A stretch of DNA of 62,886 nucleotides, filler included. It is 6 parts of 6 records of this genome, joined end to end, with 100 filler letters (N's around TTAATTAATTAA, not from the genome) between each part and the next. Parts side by side here need not be neighbours in the genome. Positions count along the whole stretch, not along the records: positions 9,043 to 15,780 come from SRR31147125_2490; positions 15,881 to 22,703 come from SRR31147125_2496; 4 more parts are not named here. The stretch is one strand, 5' to 3'. Shown here piece after piece: positions 9,595-21,381 of this stretch. The number at the start of each line of letters is the position of its first letter. Position 1 is the stretch's first letter. Made by a program: the position numbers and the translations under genes. Below the pieces are notes generated by a model, which was not told where the DNA came from, searched no databases, and worked only from the letters and a program-made list of their open reading frames with translations.

Positions 9595-12576
9595 ATGAGA
9601 AGAATTATACAAACATTTTCCAATTTTGGATTTGCTTCAAAATCCATTTATTCAATTTTATTTATTTTAACGTTTGCTTTTACTGCGCAAGCACAAAGTT
9701 TTGTAAAAGGTATTATAAGTGATGCTGGAGACAATGTTCCCTTACCAGCTGCTACCGTATTAATTAAAGGAACTACCAACGGTACAATAACCGACGCTAA
9801 TGGAGAATATGTACTAAGATTAACCCCGGGAACACATTTAATCGAATTTTCTTATCTCGGTTTTGACACACAAGAACAAGAAATAACCATTGACAAAGAC
9901 GAGACAGTTGAGTTAAATATAAAACTTGCTCTTTCTTCATTTACTGGTGAAGAAGTTGTAATTACCGCTCAAGCAAGAGGCCAGTTAGCAGCAGTTAACC
10001 AGCAGCTTCGTTCTAACCAAATTATGAATGTTGTATCTGCAGAGAAAATTCGCGAATTACCAGATGAAAATGCAGCACAAGCAATTAGCCGTCTTCCTGG
10101 TGTTCACCTTGACGGTTCTAAAGTTGTAATTCGTGGTGTTGAGCCTAAGATGAATAAGATCATGATTAATGGCGTTGAAATGCCATCTACTGAAAGGGAT
10201 AGTCGTGCAACTGACCTTGGTATGATATCCGCTAACATGTTATCAGGAATCGAAGTTGTAAAAACTTTGACACCCGATATGGATGCTGATGCAGTTGGTG
10301 GTGTTGTTAATATGAGATTACGTGAAGCTTCGGAAGGATTACACTTTAGTTTAACATCTCAAAACACCTACAATCAACAAGAAGAATACATGAGCAAGTA
10401 TATGGTATGGGGTGATGTTAGTAATCGTTTTCTTGACAACCGTTTAGGTGTTATTCTTAATGTAAATGTAGATAAACGTCAAGATGGTGATGATTGGTAC
10501 AGCAAAGGATATGAAGCAATAACAGGCACCGACTCTGAACTTGGCGAAGGATTATACAGGTATGTTAACCTGAACGTTTACGATGATTATGATGTATCAA
10601 CTAATTTTGGTGGCTCTTTAGTAATCGATTTTGATCTACCAAACGGTCAAATTATTTATTCTGGAATGTTGAGCTCATCTACCCCAGACGAAACACAATA
10701 CACTGATAATATGAATTGGGGCGGGCAAAGTGCTAACTATCGTCGTATTCATTTAGATCGCGCAAAATATAATCGAGACCTTATGAACCACACACTAAGG
10801 TTTGAGCAAAACTTCGGAATTTTTGACTTTGATGCAAGTATTTCAAATGTCGCTGTCCAACATGAAGATGATTACAGGTATAGAGCCAGGTTTGCAGAAT
10901 CTGGTTCTATTTCTGCTTTCGATATTATAAATACTGAAATAGGTGATGCTAACTACTTATTAACAATGCCTACATGGGAAATCTATGATTATCAAAATGA
11001 AGGATTTTTAGATAATATGCGCATCAATGACATGAATTTCACTGATAGAACATACAGTGAAGAACAATGGTTAGGTGATTTTAACGTGAAAGTTCCTTTG
11101 AATATTTCTGATAAAATTGACATCGAATTAAAAGCTGGTGGAAAATATAAAAAGAAAGACCGGAATTATGATGAATTGTCATTAACATATTATAATAATA
11201 ATGTACAGGAAGTAAACCAAAGTGTTGCCGACTGGCTAATGGAAACAGTAGGTCACGCCCCTGGTGACGGAACATTATATTTTAGAGATTTCAGAGACTA
11301 TGGTTATACGCCTAACGGCGAGTACATGAGCGGAAATGGTGCTAGATTAGACGCAGTTGTTGATGCTGATTTAATGGATGACTTAATGCTAAACCAAATT
11401 GACCTTAATCTAACGACCACACCAATGGATCAAACCGTTGATATGGTAAGAAACGACTATTGGGGTTGGGAAACTTATACTGCCGGATATTTAATGGGAA
11501 CAATTAATATTGGTAATAGGTTAACACTTATTCCTGGGGTAAGATACGAGAAAGTTCATAAAGAATATACTGCTCCAAAAGTTGAATATCGTACCATGAA
11601 TATTTATCCGGTTCATGATACATTAACACGACCTGTTGATAATGAAAATTTCCTTCCTCACTTTCATGTACGATTCAAAGCAACTGATTGGTGGGATATC
11701 CGTTTCTCTTACAATAACACACTAACCAGACCTGATTACAGGTATGCAATTCCTTATGTATTTTATAATACAAGTGATGCTACAGGTGTAGCTGGAAATC
11801 CATATCTAAAACCTGCAGAATCAGAAAACATTGATGGTAATTTTACTTTCTATTCACGCAAATTAGGTTTATTTACAATTGGTGGTTTCTACAAAACTTT
11901 ATCAAACGTCTTCTATTCACAACCTACTATTTTAAGGAATCTTCCAGACTCAACAATCTTGGCTGAATTTCCTATTGATCAGTATACTTCACTTGGAGCT
12001 GGTACAACAACGTTTTATATCAACAGTGGCCACAAGGCTAATATTAAAGGGTTGGAAGTAGAATGGCAATCAAATTTGAGCTGGCTTCCATCACCATTTA
12101 ATGGGTTAGTTTTTAATGCTAACTATACTCACGTTTGGTCTGAGACTAAATACGACCAACATCGTGAAAAAAATGTGATTCTGCCATATCCTCCTTACTT
12201 TGGAAAAGAAGAAGACGACACCACCTACACAAACCGTTTGTTACAACAAGCAGATGATATTGCTAATGTTTCTGTGGGATATGATTATAAAGGATTTTCT
12301 GCTCGTATTTCTTTCCGATACCAGGGTAATGTTGTAAGCGATATTGCTACACGTTCTGAATTAAACGAATATACAAAACCGATTTATAAATACGATTTAG
12401 TTGTGAAACAACAAATCCCTATTAAATCTGCCGATTTTGAAATATTCTTAAACGCAATAAACTTTACTAATGTACCTACTGGACGTTATATTGACTATCC
12501 AAATAGGGGTAAATCAACTACCTATCAAAGATATTCAGGACGCCAATTCCAATTAGGGCTCAGGTTAAAATATTAA
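9595..12576 (+). CDS. TonB-dependent receptor (non-SusC type) with N-terminal carboxypeptidase-regulatory-like domain
   Basis: GTTNGTITDANGEY, EEVVITAQARGQ, ELPDENAAQAISRLPGV plug, TPDMDADAVGG, GNPYLKP, C-terminal GRQFQLGLRLKY beta-strand. Confidence 0.92.
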   Translation: MRRIIQTFSNFGFASKSIYSILFILTFAFTAQAQSFVKGIISDAGDNVPLPAATVLIKGTTNGTITDANGEYVLRLTPGTHLIEFSYLGFDTQEQEITIDKDETVELNIKLALSSFTGEEVVITAQARGQLAAVNQQLRSNQIMNVVSAEKIRELPDENAAQAISRLPGVHLDGSKVVIRGVEPKMNKIMINGVEMPSTERDSRATDLGMISANMLSGIEVVKTLTPDMDADAVGGVVNMRLREASEGLHFSLTSQNTYNQQEEYMSKYMVWGDVSNRFLDNRLGVILNVNVDKRQDGDDWYSKGYEAITGTDSELGEGLYRYVNLNVYDDYDVSTNFGGSLVIDFDLPNGQIIYSGMLSSSTPDETQYTDNMNWGGQSANYRRIHLDRAKYNRDLMNHTLRFEQNFGIFDFDASISNVAVQHEDDYRYRARFAESGSISAFDIINTEIGDANYLLTMPTWEIYDYQNEGFLDNMRINDMNFTDRTYSEEQWLGDFNVKVPLNISDKIDIELKAGGKYKKKDRNYDELSLTYYNNNVQEVNQSVADWLMETVGHAPGDGTLYFRDFRDYGYTPNGEYMSGNGARLDAVVDADLMDDLMLNQIDLNLTTTPMDQTVDMVRNDYWGWETYTAGYLMGTINIGNRLTLIPGVRYEKVHKEYTAPKVEYRTMNIYPVHDTLTRPVDNENFLPHFHVRFKATDWWDIRFSYNNTLTRPDYRYAIPYVFYNTSDATGVAGNPYLKPAESENIDGNFTFYSRKLGLFTIGGFYKTLSNVFYSQPTILRNLPDSTILAEFPIDQYTSLGAGTTTFYINSGHKANIKGLEVEWQSNLSWLPSPFNGLVFNANYTHVWSETKYDQHREKNVILPYPPYFGKEEDDTTYTNRLLQQADDIANVSVGYDYKGFSARISFRYQGNVVSDIATRSELNEYTKPIYKYDLVVKQQIPIKSADFEIFLNAINFTNVPTGRYIDYPNRGKSTTYQRYSGRQFQLGLRLKY

Positions 12577-12715
12577 TAACCTGAGAACCCCTTAAGAAAT
12601 AGTTACACAAATTTATAACTAATAAGAAAGGAGGTAATCAAACACAACAACAGTAAGTATTACATTAAATTTTAAATTTCAAAACATTATTATTTATTAA
12701 CTTAAATTAACAACA

Positions 12716-14523
12716 ATGAAAAAAATTTACTTTGTTTAGTTCTTATGATGAGTATTGGAATTCTTTTAATTAACAATACGCAAGCTCAAACTTGGAATGA
12801 CGTTGTTCAGCAAGATAAAGGTGATACACTTGTAGTAAAAGGTTTTGTTTCTGCAGGTGGTGTTCTTAATTCACTTTATATTGCTATTGCTGGTGATACA
12901 ACTGCTACAGGAGAACGTACAAATCCGAATCGTGTATATGAAACAATACCTGGAGAATCTTACATACAGGATGGAACATATGAATTTGATGCTACCATAC
13001 CTAATCTTGTAATAACAGCTCCTGAAGTTGATAGAAATGGAACTACAATGCCTCCACTTCACATTAAAACAACTCAGGTAGACGGTTCTTTCGATAAGAC
13101 TATTTTCCAGACTCCTGGCAATTTGTATATCGAAAACCAATACTTTGCACTTGCACTTACTAATGAAACATTAGATCGTGAATTTGCAAGAGCTGAAGGT
13201 ATTGGAGCTCGTATGGAGTACCATAACTGTATTTTTGAGTTTACAAACTGGGTATTACACTTCCCTCGTGCTGCTCATCAAACTTTTAAATTTACCGATT
13301 GTTTATTCCTAAATGTTGGTAATGAACCTACATTAGAAAAAGGTCTTGTATTTGACTCCTGGATGCCAGTTGACACTCTATGGTTCGAAAACAATACTGT
13401 TCTTAATGCTGGTGGTATGGCAATTGCTAGACCTGATAATGCACCTAGTTTTTCCTACTTCAATCACAATACATTTGTGAACATGACATTGAATCCATTC
13501 TTATGGTTCTCTCAAGCAGAAATGATTGCAACAAATAACTTGATTATTAATACAGGTATGTGTCCTGATTACCCTGGATTCTATGAATTCCACGAAGATG
13601 AAGATCAACTACCTAAAGGAATTATCAATGTTGACACATTAGAAGCTGACTGGGTTTCAACTCACTGGGCTGATGGTTATCCAACAGCAGATGTTACACT
13701 AACAGATTCAGAACGTAAAATCTTAGTGGACAGAAACAACACTTGGTGGGATTCTCGTTTCATGGATATGTATACAAACAATGAACTTCCTGCATTTCCT
13801 GATACAATAAATCAAACATGGGCACATCAAATGTTTAACATGAACACACGTACACAAGCTATGTTTGATGATGATGCGGCATATCCATATTTTGTTGAAG
13901 GTAGTTGGTACAATGTTGAACCTGATTTTGCAAATAACCAAGATTTAGTTACAGAATGGAAATCATTTATCATCTCAAACTCAACACCAGGAGAACCTGG
14001 CGGTGGAGATAACATGCCATGGTGGAGAACAGAAGGCAGAACAAATATTACAGTTCCAGATTGGCCTCCATTAGCTGATTTAAGTTATACAGATGCAACA
14101 TTGATGTCTGGAGGTATCAATAATTTACCTATAGGTGACTTAAACTGGTTCCCAGCTAAAAAAGCAGAATGGGAAGCAATGGGAGAAACCGCATTATTAT
14201 TAGATGCTCTTTCAAATGGAGAACTTGTTCCAACAGGAATTAATGATAGAATTAGTACTGAAATTAATGAAGTATCTGTATATCCAAATCCAGTTACTAA
14301 TGTTTCTAGTGTTCAATTTGAATTAGCTAATGCTTCTAATGTAGAAATGGTATTATATAATATAGTTGGTGAAAAAGTAAGGGTTATAAACTTAGGAAAC
14401 CGTTCTCAAGGTATCCACGAAGTAACTCTTAACAAAGGTGGTCTTAGCTCAGGTATGTACATCTTACAAATTAATACTGAGTTAAGTAAAGCTGGTTACG
14501 CAACTAAAATTACAATCAAATAG
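12716..14523 (+). CDS. T9SS type A sorting-domain protein with probable beta-helix body (apparent frameshift in A-run at the start)
   Basis: C-terminal VYPNP...LYNIVGEKV...LSSGMYILQI...KITIK secretion tail. ATG 12716 restores the signal peptide MKKNLLCLVLMMSIGILLINNTQA if the A7 run is A8. Confidence 0.8.
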
Positions 14524-14558
14524 TAGTTAGTTAGAGATTGTGGACTTGATGATTATTG

Positions 14559-14590
14559 AAGAGGGGCGATCTAAGATCGCCCTTTTTTGT
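14559..14590 (+). terminator. Rho-independent terminator
   Basis: GGGCGATC-taa-GATCGCCC followed by a T-run. Confidence 0.8.
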
Positions 14591-14633
14591 TTAAATCCAA
14601 CCATACATATTTTAAAATTCCATAACATACAAA

Positions 14634-15780
14634 ATGAAAAAGCTAGTATTAGTATCCTTTCTTATTATTATGATTCTTAGTACCAACGCACAAGAAAAAT
14701 GGTACTACACCCACGAAACATCAGAACCTGAGTCTGTTAGTTTTGAGCCTACACAACGTATATTATATACGGTAAAAAACACACTTGATATGGAACGTAA
14801 AAACTGCCCCATTACAATCAAACGTTCGGAATTTCCCATGCCTGATATTCACGAAATGTGGGTAACAATTGTTGATCCTTCAATGACTCCCTATGAAGGA
14901 CCTGATGAAGAAACCCTTAAAATTTACGGTGGTCACCAATTGCGTGCTGAGGTAAATGGACATGCTATATTTCACCAATTAGATGATATAGACAAAGATG
15001 GGATTTGGGATGAACTTTTCTTTCAAACCAATCTAAATCCTTCTGAAGAAAAAACATTTTACATCTATATTGGAGAAAACATACAGGGATGGAATAAACA
15101 CCGCACACATGCCAATGTAGGAAGTTATTGCAGGCACCAAATGCCATTTTGGGAATCAGAAAATGTAGGTTGGAAAATTTGGTTTGCCAACTGTGTTGAT
15201 GTGTATGGTAAAAGAAAACCTATACTCATGTCTCATCACCTTTACATGGATAACCTAGACGGGTATGGAGTATCTGCAATCAACCACGACTGGGGTTCTG
15301 ACATACAAGGTGTTGCCGGGACAATGGGTGGCGGTGCAATCTGCCTCTACGAATACCCGGATATACCCGATTCTATTACTTTACCTCGTTTTACACCTAC
15401 AAGAGAAAAACTCGCATCTCATTCATTATGGAATGCCGGACAAATTAGCGATACAAGGTACGCCTATGAAGTTGTGGTTAATGGCCCTATCCGATCTATG
15501 ATAAAAATCAAAACCATGAATTGGAATTCAGGTGCCGGCAGCTATGAATTAGAACAGTATTACACGGTATATGCCAACCAGAGCTACTCAACGTGCGATG
15601 TTTATTACAAAAATTTTCAACCTAAAAAAAATGGTGTTCTAATGGGCTGTGGAATGCGCAAAAAACCAGATGAAGAAAGCTTATTTCAAAAAGATGGGAT
15701 AATTATCTCTTCCGGTCCTGAAAAAGTACGAGATCAGAAAATATTGATGACAGGGAAGAACTCACTTTGCCTTTTATAGG
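14634..15780 (+). CDS. DUF4861-family protein (3'-truncated at contig end)
   Basis: QLDDIDKDGIWDEL, WESENVGWKIW...DVYGK, VVNGPIRS motifs; signal peptide. Confidence 0.6.
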
Positions 15781-15880
15781 NNNNNNNNNNNNNNNNNNNN
15801 NNNNNNNNNNNNNNNNNNNNNNNNTTAATTAATTAANNNNNNNNNNNNNNNNNNNNNNNNNNNNNNNNNNNNNNNNNNNN
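15781..15880. other. artificial contig linker
   Basis: N44-TTAATTAATTAA-N44. Confidence 0.98.
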
Positions 15881-15881
15881 C

Positions 15882-16499
15882 GAATTAATTATTAGCGATG
15901 TAATGATGCCAGTGATGGATGGAATTGAATTTTGTAGCAGACTTAAGAAAAATATTCAAACCAGCCACATTCCTATTGTTTTGCTAACTGCTAAGAATAT
16001 GGTTGAAAGTTGGATTGAAGGCTTAGAAACTGGTGCTGATGATTATATTCCTAAACCCTTTAATTTAGAAATTTTACAGATTAAAATGCGTAACTTGATT
16101 GAATCGCGCAGAAGAATAAAACAGATGTTTAGCAGTCCTGAACAGTTTTCTGCCGAACAATTAGCCCCAAACACAATAGATAAGGATTTTCTGGAGAAAG
16201 CTTACCGCATTTTGGAAAAAAATTATACAGAACAAGTATTTTCAGTAGAACAGTTTGCTCAAGAAATGTTTGTGAGCCAAAGCCTCTTGTACAAAAAAAT
16301 AAAAGCGTTGGCTGATTTAAATATCACTGATTTTATTAATTCGTACAAACTCAAAAAGGCAATTGAATTGATAAAAACGAGCAAAAAGCCGATCTCAGAG
16401 ATTGCATTTGAAGTTGGTTTTAACGACCCTAAATATTTCAGTCGGGTATTCAAAAAGTTCTATGGTATGAGTCCGAGTGAGTTTTCAAAGACAAACTAA
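15882..16499 (+). CDS. C-terminal REC + AraC-HTH part of a hybrid two-component system (5'-truncated)
   Basis: IISDVMMPVMDG, SHIPIVLLTAK, GADDYIPKPF, ISEIAFEVGFNDPKYFSRVFKK; lies upstream of susC. Confidence 0.9.
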   Translation, partial: ELIISDVMMPVMDGIEFCSRLKKNIQTSHIPIVLLTAKNMVESWIEGLETGADDYIPKPFNLEILQIKMRNLIESRRRIKQMFSSPEQFSAEQLAPNTIDKDFLEKAYRILEKNYTEQVFSVEQFAQEMFVSQSLLYKKIKALADLNITDFINSYKLKKAIELIKTSKKPISEIAFEVGFNDPKYFSRVFKKFYGMSPSEFSKTN

Positions 16500-16644
16500 A
16501 ACAGCTGAATAACAATAGCCTTATACCGTCTTTTGTTACTTTTCCTAATTTGTCCTCTTTCTTTCTTAATTAGTCCTCCCCTTTATTCGCAAATCAAAAT
16601 AATTTTACAATTGGAATTAAAAGATTTAACCAATTTAATTAATT

Positions 16645-19600
16645 ATGAAGAAAAACTTAATTTATCTATTGTCGTTCTTTTTCCTGTTCATTTCAGGAAT
16701 AAGTTTCGCGCAACATACCATCACAGGTGTGGTTTATGATGCCGGGAATAATTCGACACTCCCTGGCGTTAATGTAGTCCAAAAAGGAACAGTTGTTGGT
16801 ACAATAACTGATATTAACGGAAATTACTCCCTCACCGTTGACGATGAAAATGCAACCCTTGCATTTTCCTTTATTGGTTTCGATTCGCAAGAAGTTGCAG
16901 TTAATGGTCAAACAACAATCGATGTTCAACTTGTACAAAACATTTCTGATATTGACGAAGTAGTTGTAATTGGTTATGGTACTCAAAAGAAATCTGACTT
17001 AACTGGGGCAATTGGTATCGTAGATGTTGAAGAGATGGCACAAACTGCCACTAACGATGTTGGGAAAGCTTTGCAAGGTAAAATAGCAGGTGTAGCCGTT
17101 CAGGGATCAGGAGAACCGGGAGCATCACCCAAAATTAAAATCAGAGGTATTGGTTCTTTTGGAGATAATTCTCCATTATATGTTGTTGATGGGGTTTTTG
17201 CTCCTATTAATGACATTCCAATGTCATCGATTAAGTCAATGCAGGTTTTAAAAGATGCTTCGGCTGCTGCCATTTATGGATCGAGAGCTGCAAATGGAGT
17301 CGTAATTATTACAACAAACCGTGGTAAAAGCGGTGAAACTAAGGTTAACTATTCCGGTTATATTGGAGTTCAGAACATTACTCAACGTTATGATATGGCT
17401 AACCGCGAAGAATATCAAATGTTGGTAAATGAGGCTACTGAAAATGCAATGTACTTTGATCCGAGTTTGGTAATAAAACCAGCGAATGACCCGAATTCGC
17501 CTTTTTATGTGAACAACATCGATACTGATTGGCAGGAAGAAGTATTTAAGCCGGGTAGAATTACAGATCACAACATTTCGATTAGTGGTGGAAACGATGT
17601 TTCAAATTTCAATATTGGCTTGAACTATTTTGATCAAACTCCGACAGTTGAAGGTCGTGGTCCGTCTTATACTCGTTATGGTGTTTCTATTACTTCTGAT
17701 CATAAAAAAGGGAAATTTAAATTTGGTGAATCATTCCATTATACACTGGCTGATCAGGCTCTTATGTCGTTTGTGCATGATGCTACAATGATGAACTATA
17801 CGGTAAATGCTATTCCAACACTTCCGGTATATGATGACTCTACGATTGATGGATATGGAAGTGCAAGTCAAACCATACACGGTTCATACACTGCTAACGT
17901 AATTGGAATGAACAGTATGATTGAAAGTGAAACACTACGTGGTCGTCTAATTGGAAATGTTTATGGTGAATATGACATTACATCAGGCTTAAAATATAAA
18001 TTGAGCTTAAGTTATGAGCGTACAGATTGGAGAGATCATCATTTCAAACCTGTACATGACTTAGGATGGTTTTATGTAAATAATATTGCCAAACTGGATG
18101 ATAACCGTGGTTACGGATCAACAGGAACTATCGAACAAACGCTTTCGTACAATAAAGAAATTGGGAAATTGAACTTAAATGCTTTGGCAGGTCATAGTGC
18201 ATTGAATTCAAAATATCAAGAAACTACGGTCATGCTGAAGGTTTTTCTGAACCTTACTTTAAAATGCTTAGTAATGGTGAATCAACCAGTGCTAAAAGTG
18301 ATGAGTTCGAATCACGCCTTGTCTCATATTTTGGACGAGTAATTTTAAGTTATGATGATAAATATTTGGTAACTGGTACTATTCGTCGCGATGGTTCTTC
18401 ACGTTTTAGCCCAGCAAATAAATGGGGAATTTCCCTTCAATTGCTGTTGCATGGAAAATGCAAAACGAAGACTTTATGGCTTCTGCGAAAGATGTGATAA
18501 GCGAATTGAAAGTGAGAGCAAGTTATGGTATTTTGGGTAACCAAAACATTGACGACTACTTGTATCAGGGCTTTATAAACCCGTATGCACAATATGTACT
18601 TAACGGGCAGGCTGTGCCAGGTGCTTCTCAGTATATTCCGTCATCACCCGATGTTAAATGGGAACAATCAATTTCAACAAACGTTGGTGTTGATGTGGGC
18701 TTTTTCAATAACAAGCTTACACTTAATGTGGACTATTTCGACCGCACAGTTGAGGATATGTTGTATCGGGTAGTTACCCTGGCCATTTGGGATGGTACGA
18801 TTGGGAATCACCGGTAATTAATAACCTTTCAATTAAAAATTCAGGTTTTGAATTTGCTACTACTTTCCGTGATGTGAAGGGTGATTTTTCCTATTCTATT
18901 TCTGCAAATGCATCCACATTAAAAAATGAAGTGCTTTCGTTAGGTTATGGAAGTAACCCTATTTATGGTGACATGAGCCGTACTGATATTGGTGGCGAAG
19001 TAGGAGAGTTTTATGGTTGGCAAGTAGAAAAGGTTTTCAAACTCAAGCAGAAATTGATGCTTTAAATGCCAGTTCCCCAATTGGTCGTTATCAGGAGGTA
19101 GATACGCGTCCTGGAGACTTTATGTTTAAAGATATTAATGGTCGTGATGCAAATGGGGATTTGACCGGGACACCTGATGGTAAAATTGATGATGATGATC
19201 GTACTTCTTTAGGAAGTGCTATTCCAAACTTATATTATGGATTTAATTTTAATGCCATGTATAAGAACTTTGATTTTACGCTTTCAGCTAATGGAGCATC
19301 AGGAAACTTGGTTAACAATGCTGTTCGAAGGGGAATTGAAAGTGGAGCCGGATGGGACAATTATGCAGCAAGCCTTTGGACCGTTGGACCCCAAGCAATA
19401 CCGATACAGGTCGCCCTCGTGTTGTAATGTATGACCCAAATAAAAACAATAGAGATTCTGATTATAGATTAGAAGATGGTAGTTATTTGCGAATTGCAAA
19501 TGTTGAATTAGGCTATAATTTTTCATCTGATATTCTTGAGAAGGTAAAAATGTCATCATTGCGTATTTATGTATCGGCTCAAAACCTACATACATTTACT

Positions 19601-19753
19601 AAATACTCTGGCTTCGATCCAGATTTTAACAACGATGGATTGTTCGACAGGGGTACAGATCAAGGAGCAGAACCTAATAAAGTTTTTACAACTTACTCTG
19701 GAGGTTTACCTAATCCACGTACTTTCTTGGTAGGTGTAAAAGTTGGATTTTAG
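16645..19753 (+). CDS. susC: SusC/RagA family TonB-linked outer membrane protein (five apparent single-base frameshifts)
   Basis: DEVVVIGYGTQKK, LKDASAAAIYGSRAANGVVIITT, RRDGSSRF, LKVRASYG, KDINGDGKID-like, EDGSYLR and PNPRTFLVGVKVGF spread over six consecutive overlapping ORF pieces. Confidence 0.9.
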
Positions 19754-19774
19754 TAACTGAAAAAGAAATATAAA

Positions 19775-21310
19775 ATGAAAAATATAAAAAAATATCTATT
19801 ACTATTTGTTGTTGCGGTTGCCTTTACTGCATGCGACCAGGAATGGCTGGAGCTGAGCAACCCGAATTTACAGACAACTGAAACTTTCTGGCAAACAGAT
19901 GATGATTTTATGAAAGGAGTTAGTGCTGCATATCAATCGCTAGCTGTTTATGATGGTAGTTTTCTTCGATTTGCATCATTTGCTTTAGATGCGCGAGGTG
20001 ATGATGTATGGAGTCCAAGTCCATGGGATGTGCTTTCGAATACTGGATCTTTTAAATTGGCCAATAACTCCATTATGCAGAACTGGCTGTGGATTGCCTT
20101 TTTTGGGGTAAACCACCGTGCAAATCAGGTATTAGATTACATTGATGAAGTAGAATTTGAAAGTTCATCAAGAAAAGATCAGTATAAAGGAGAGGCGTTA
20201 TTCTTACGTGGATTAGCAAATTATTATCTGGTGACATTCTTCGAAAATATTCCCTTGGTAACAACAAGTGTTTATGTGGATAACGATCAGGATTATTTTC
20301 CAACACAGGCAAGTCCTGAAGAGGTTTGGGCGCAAATAATTTCCGATTGGACAGAAGCTTCAAATTTATTGCCAGCAACTTATGATGCTAGTGAAACCGG
20401 ACGTGCAACAAAAGGTGCAGCATTAGCCTATTTAGGGAAAGCATACTTATTTAATCACGATTATACCAATGCTGAAACTCAGTTTGAAAAGGTAAGAAGC
20501 ATGGGATATCAGCTGGTATCTAATTATGCCGATAATTTTAATGAAGCTGGTGAAAATAATTCAGAATCTATTTTTGAAATTCAATTTTCTCGTGAGGTTG
20601 GAGGTACTGTATTAGGATGGGTTGGAGCACCTTCTGCTGATTGGTCTTTAACAACAGCAAGGGCAATTACTTATACTATGAGCCCATTTGGTTGGGGAGA
20701 TGCAGCATGTACTCAATGGATTTTTGATGAATTCAAAGAGGAAAAAACGATTGATAATGAAGATGACCCTCGTTTAAGAACTTCAATTTTTTACGCAGGA
20801 GATGTATTGTACGGACAAAATTTTGATGATGTGTTTTTTGCTACACCTGATGCTCTTGGTGTTAAAAAGTATTCAAACTATGATTCTGGTCGTCCGGATG
20901 AAAAAGATTGGCGTTCAGGTATTAATGAGCGTTTGATGCGCTATTCAGATGTATTATTAATGCTTGCTGAATGTAAAATACAACTTGGCGATGTACCAGC
21001 AGCTGCTGATTTGATTTCAATTGTTCGGAACCGTGCAAATTTACCTGATAGAACTTCAGAATTTGCAAGTATGACTAAAGAGCAAGTTATGGAACAACTT
21101 GCCCATGAACGTGCATTGGAATTCTGTTTTGAAGGTCATCGTTTCGATGATATTAAACGTTGGGGTTGGTTAAATGATGCAACGATGCTTCAAGAATTAC
21201 AATCACGCGATAGCGAATTTCTTGGCTATGTATCTGGTCGTGAATTTTTCTCAATTCCTCAGGCACAAATTGAGGTGAACGGTAACTTCGTTCAAAATGA
21301 TGGGTATTAA
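19775..21310 (+). CDS. susD: SusD/RagB family lipoprotein
   Basis: Lipobox FTAC; GEALFLRG, GRATKGAA, NSESIFEIQF, MRYSDVLLMLAE, ERALEFCFEGHRFDDIKRWG, QNDGY. Confidence 0.93.
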   Translation: MKNIKKYLLLFVVAVAFTACDQEWLELSNPNLQTTETFWQTDDDFMKGVSAAYQSLAVYDGSFLRFASFALDARGDDVWSPSPWDVLSNTGSFKLANNSIMQNWLWIAFFGVNHRANQVLDYIDEVEFESSSRKDQYKGEALFLRGLANYYLVTFFENIPLVTTSVYVDNDQDYFPTQASPEEVWAQIISDWTEASNLLPATYDASETGRATKGAALAYLGKAYLFNHDYTNAETQFEKVRSMGYQLVSNYADNFNEAGENNSESIFEIQFSREVGGTVLGWVGAPSADWSLTTARAITYTMSPFGWGDAACTQWIFDEFKEEKTIDNEDDPRLRTSIFYAGDVLYGQNFDDVFFATPDALGVKKYSNYDSGRPDEKDWRSGINERLMRYSDVLLMLAECKIQLGDVPAAADLISIVRNRANLPDRTSEFASMTKEQVMEQLAHERALEFCFEGHRFDDIKRWGWLNDATMLQELQSRDSEFLGYVSGREFFSIPQAQIEVNGNFVQNDGY

Positions 21311-21327
21311 TAGTTGATTTGGAATAT

Positions 21328-21362
21328 GAATAGGTAAGTTGATATAAAGAACTTGCCTATTC
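21328..21362 (+). terminator. intergenic stem-loop after susD
   Basis: GAATAGGTAAGTT/AACTTGCCTATTC inverted repeat. Confidence 0.5.
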
Positions 21363-21381
21363 TTCTATTTTTTAAAGTCAG

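Noticed and set aside
16645-19753. SusC split into six ORFs, suggesting pseudogenisation or programmed frameshifting
   Set aside because: Each break (~18225, ~18428, ~18775, ~19035, ~19375) is repaired by adding one base to a short homopolymer. The same pattern recurs in unrelated contigs (5328, 12720, ~21425, ~50590), pointing to sequencing error.
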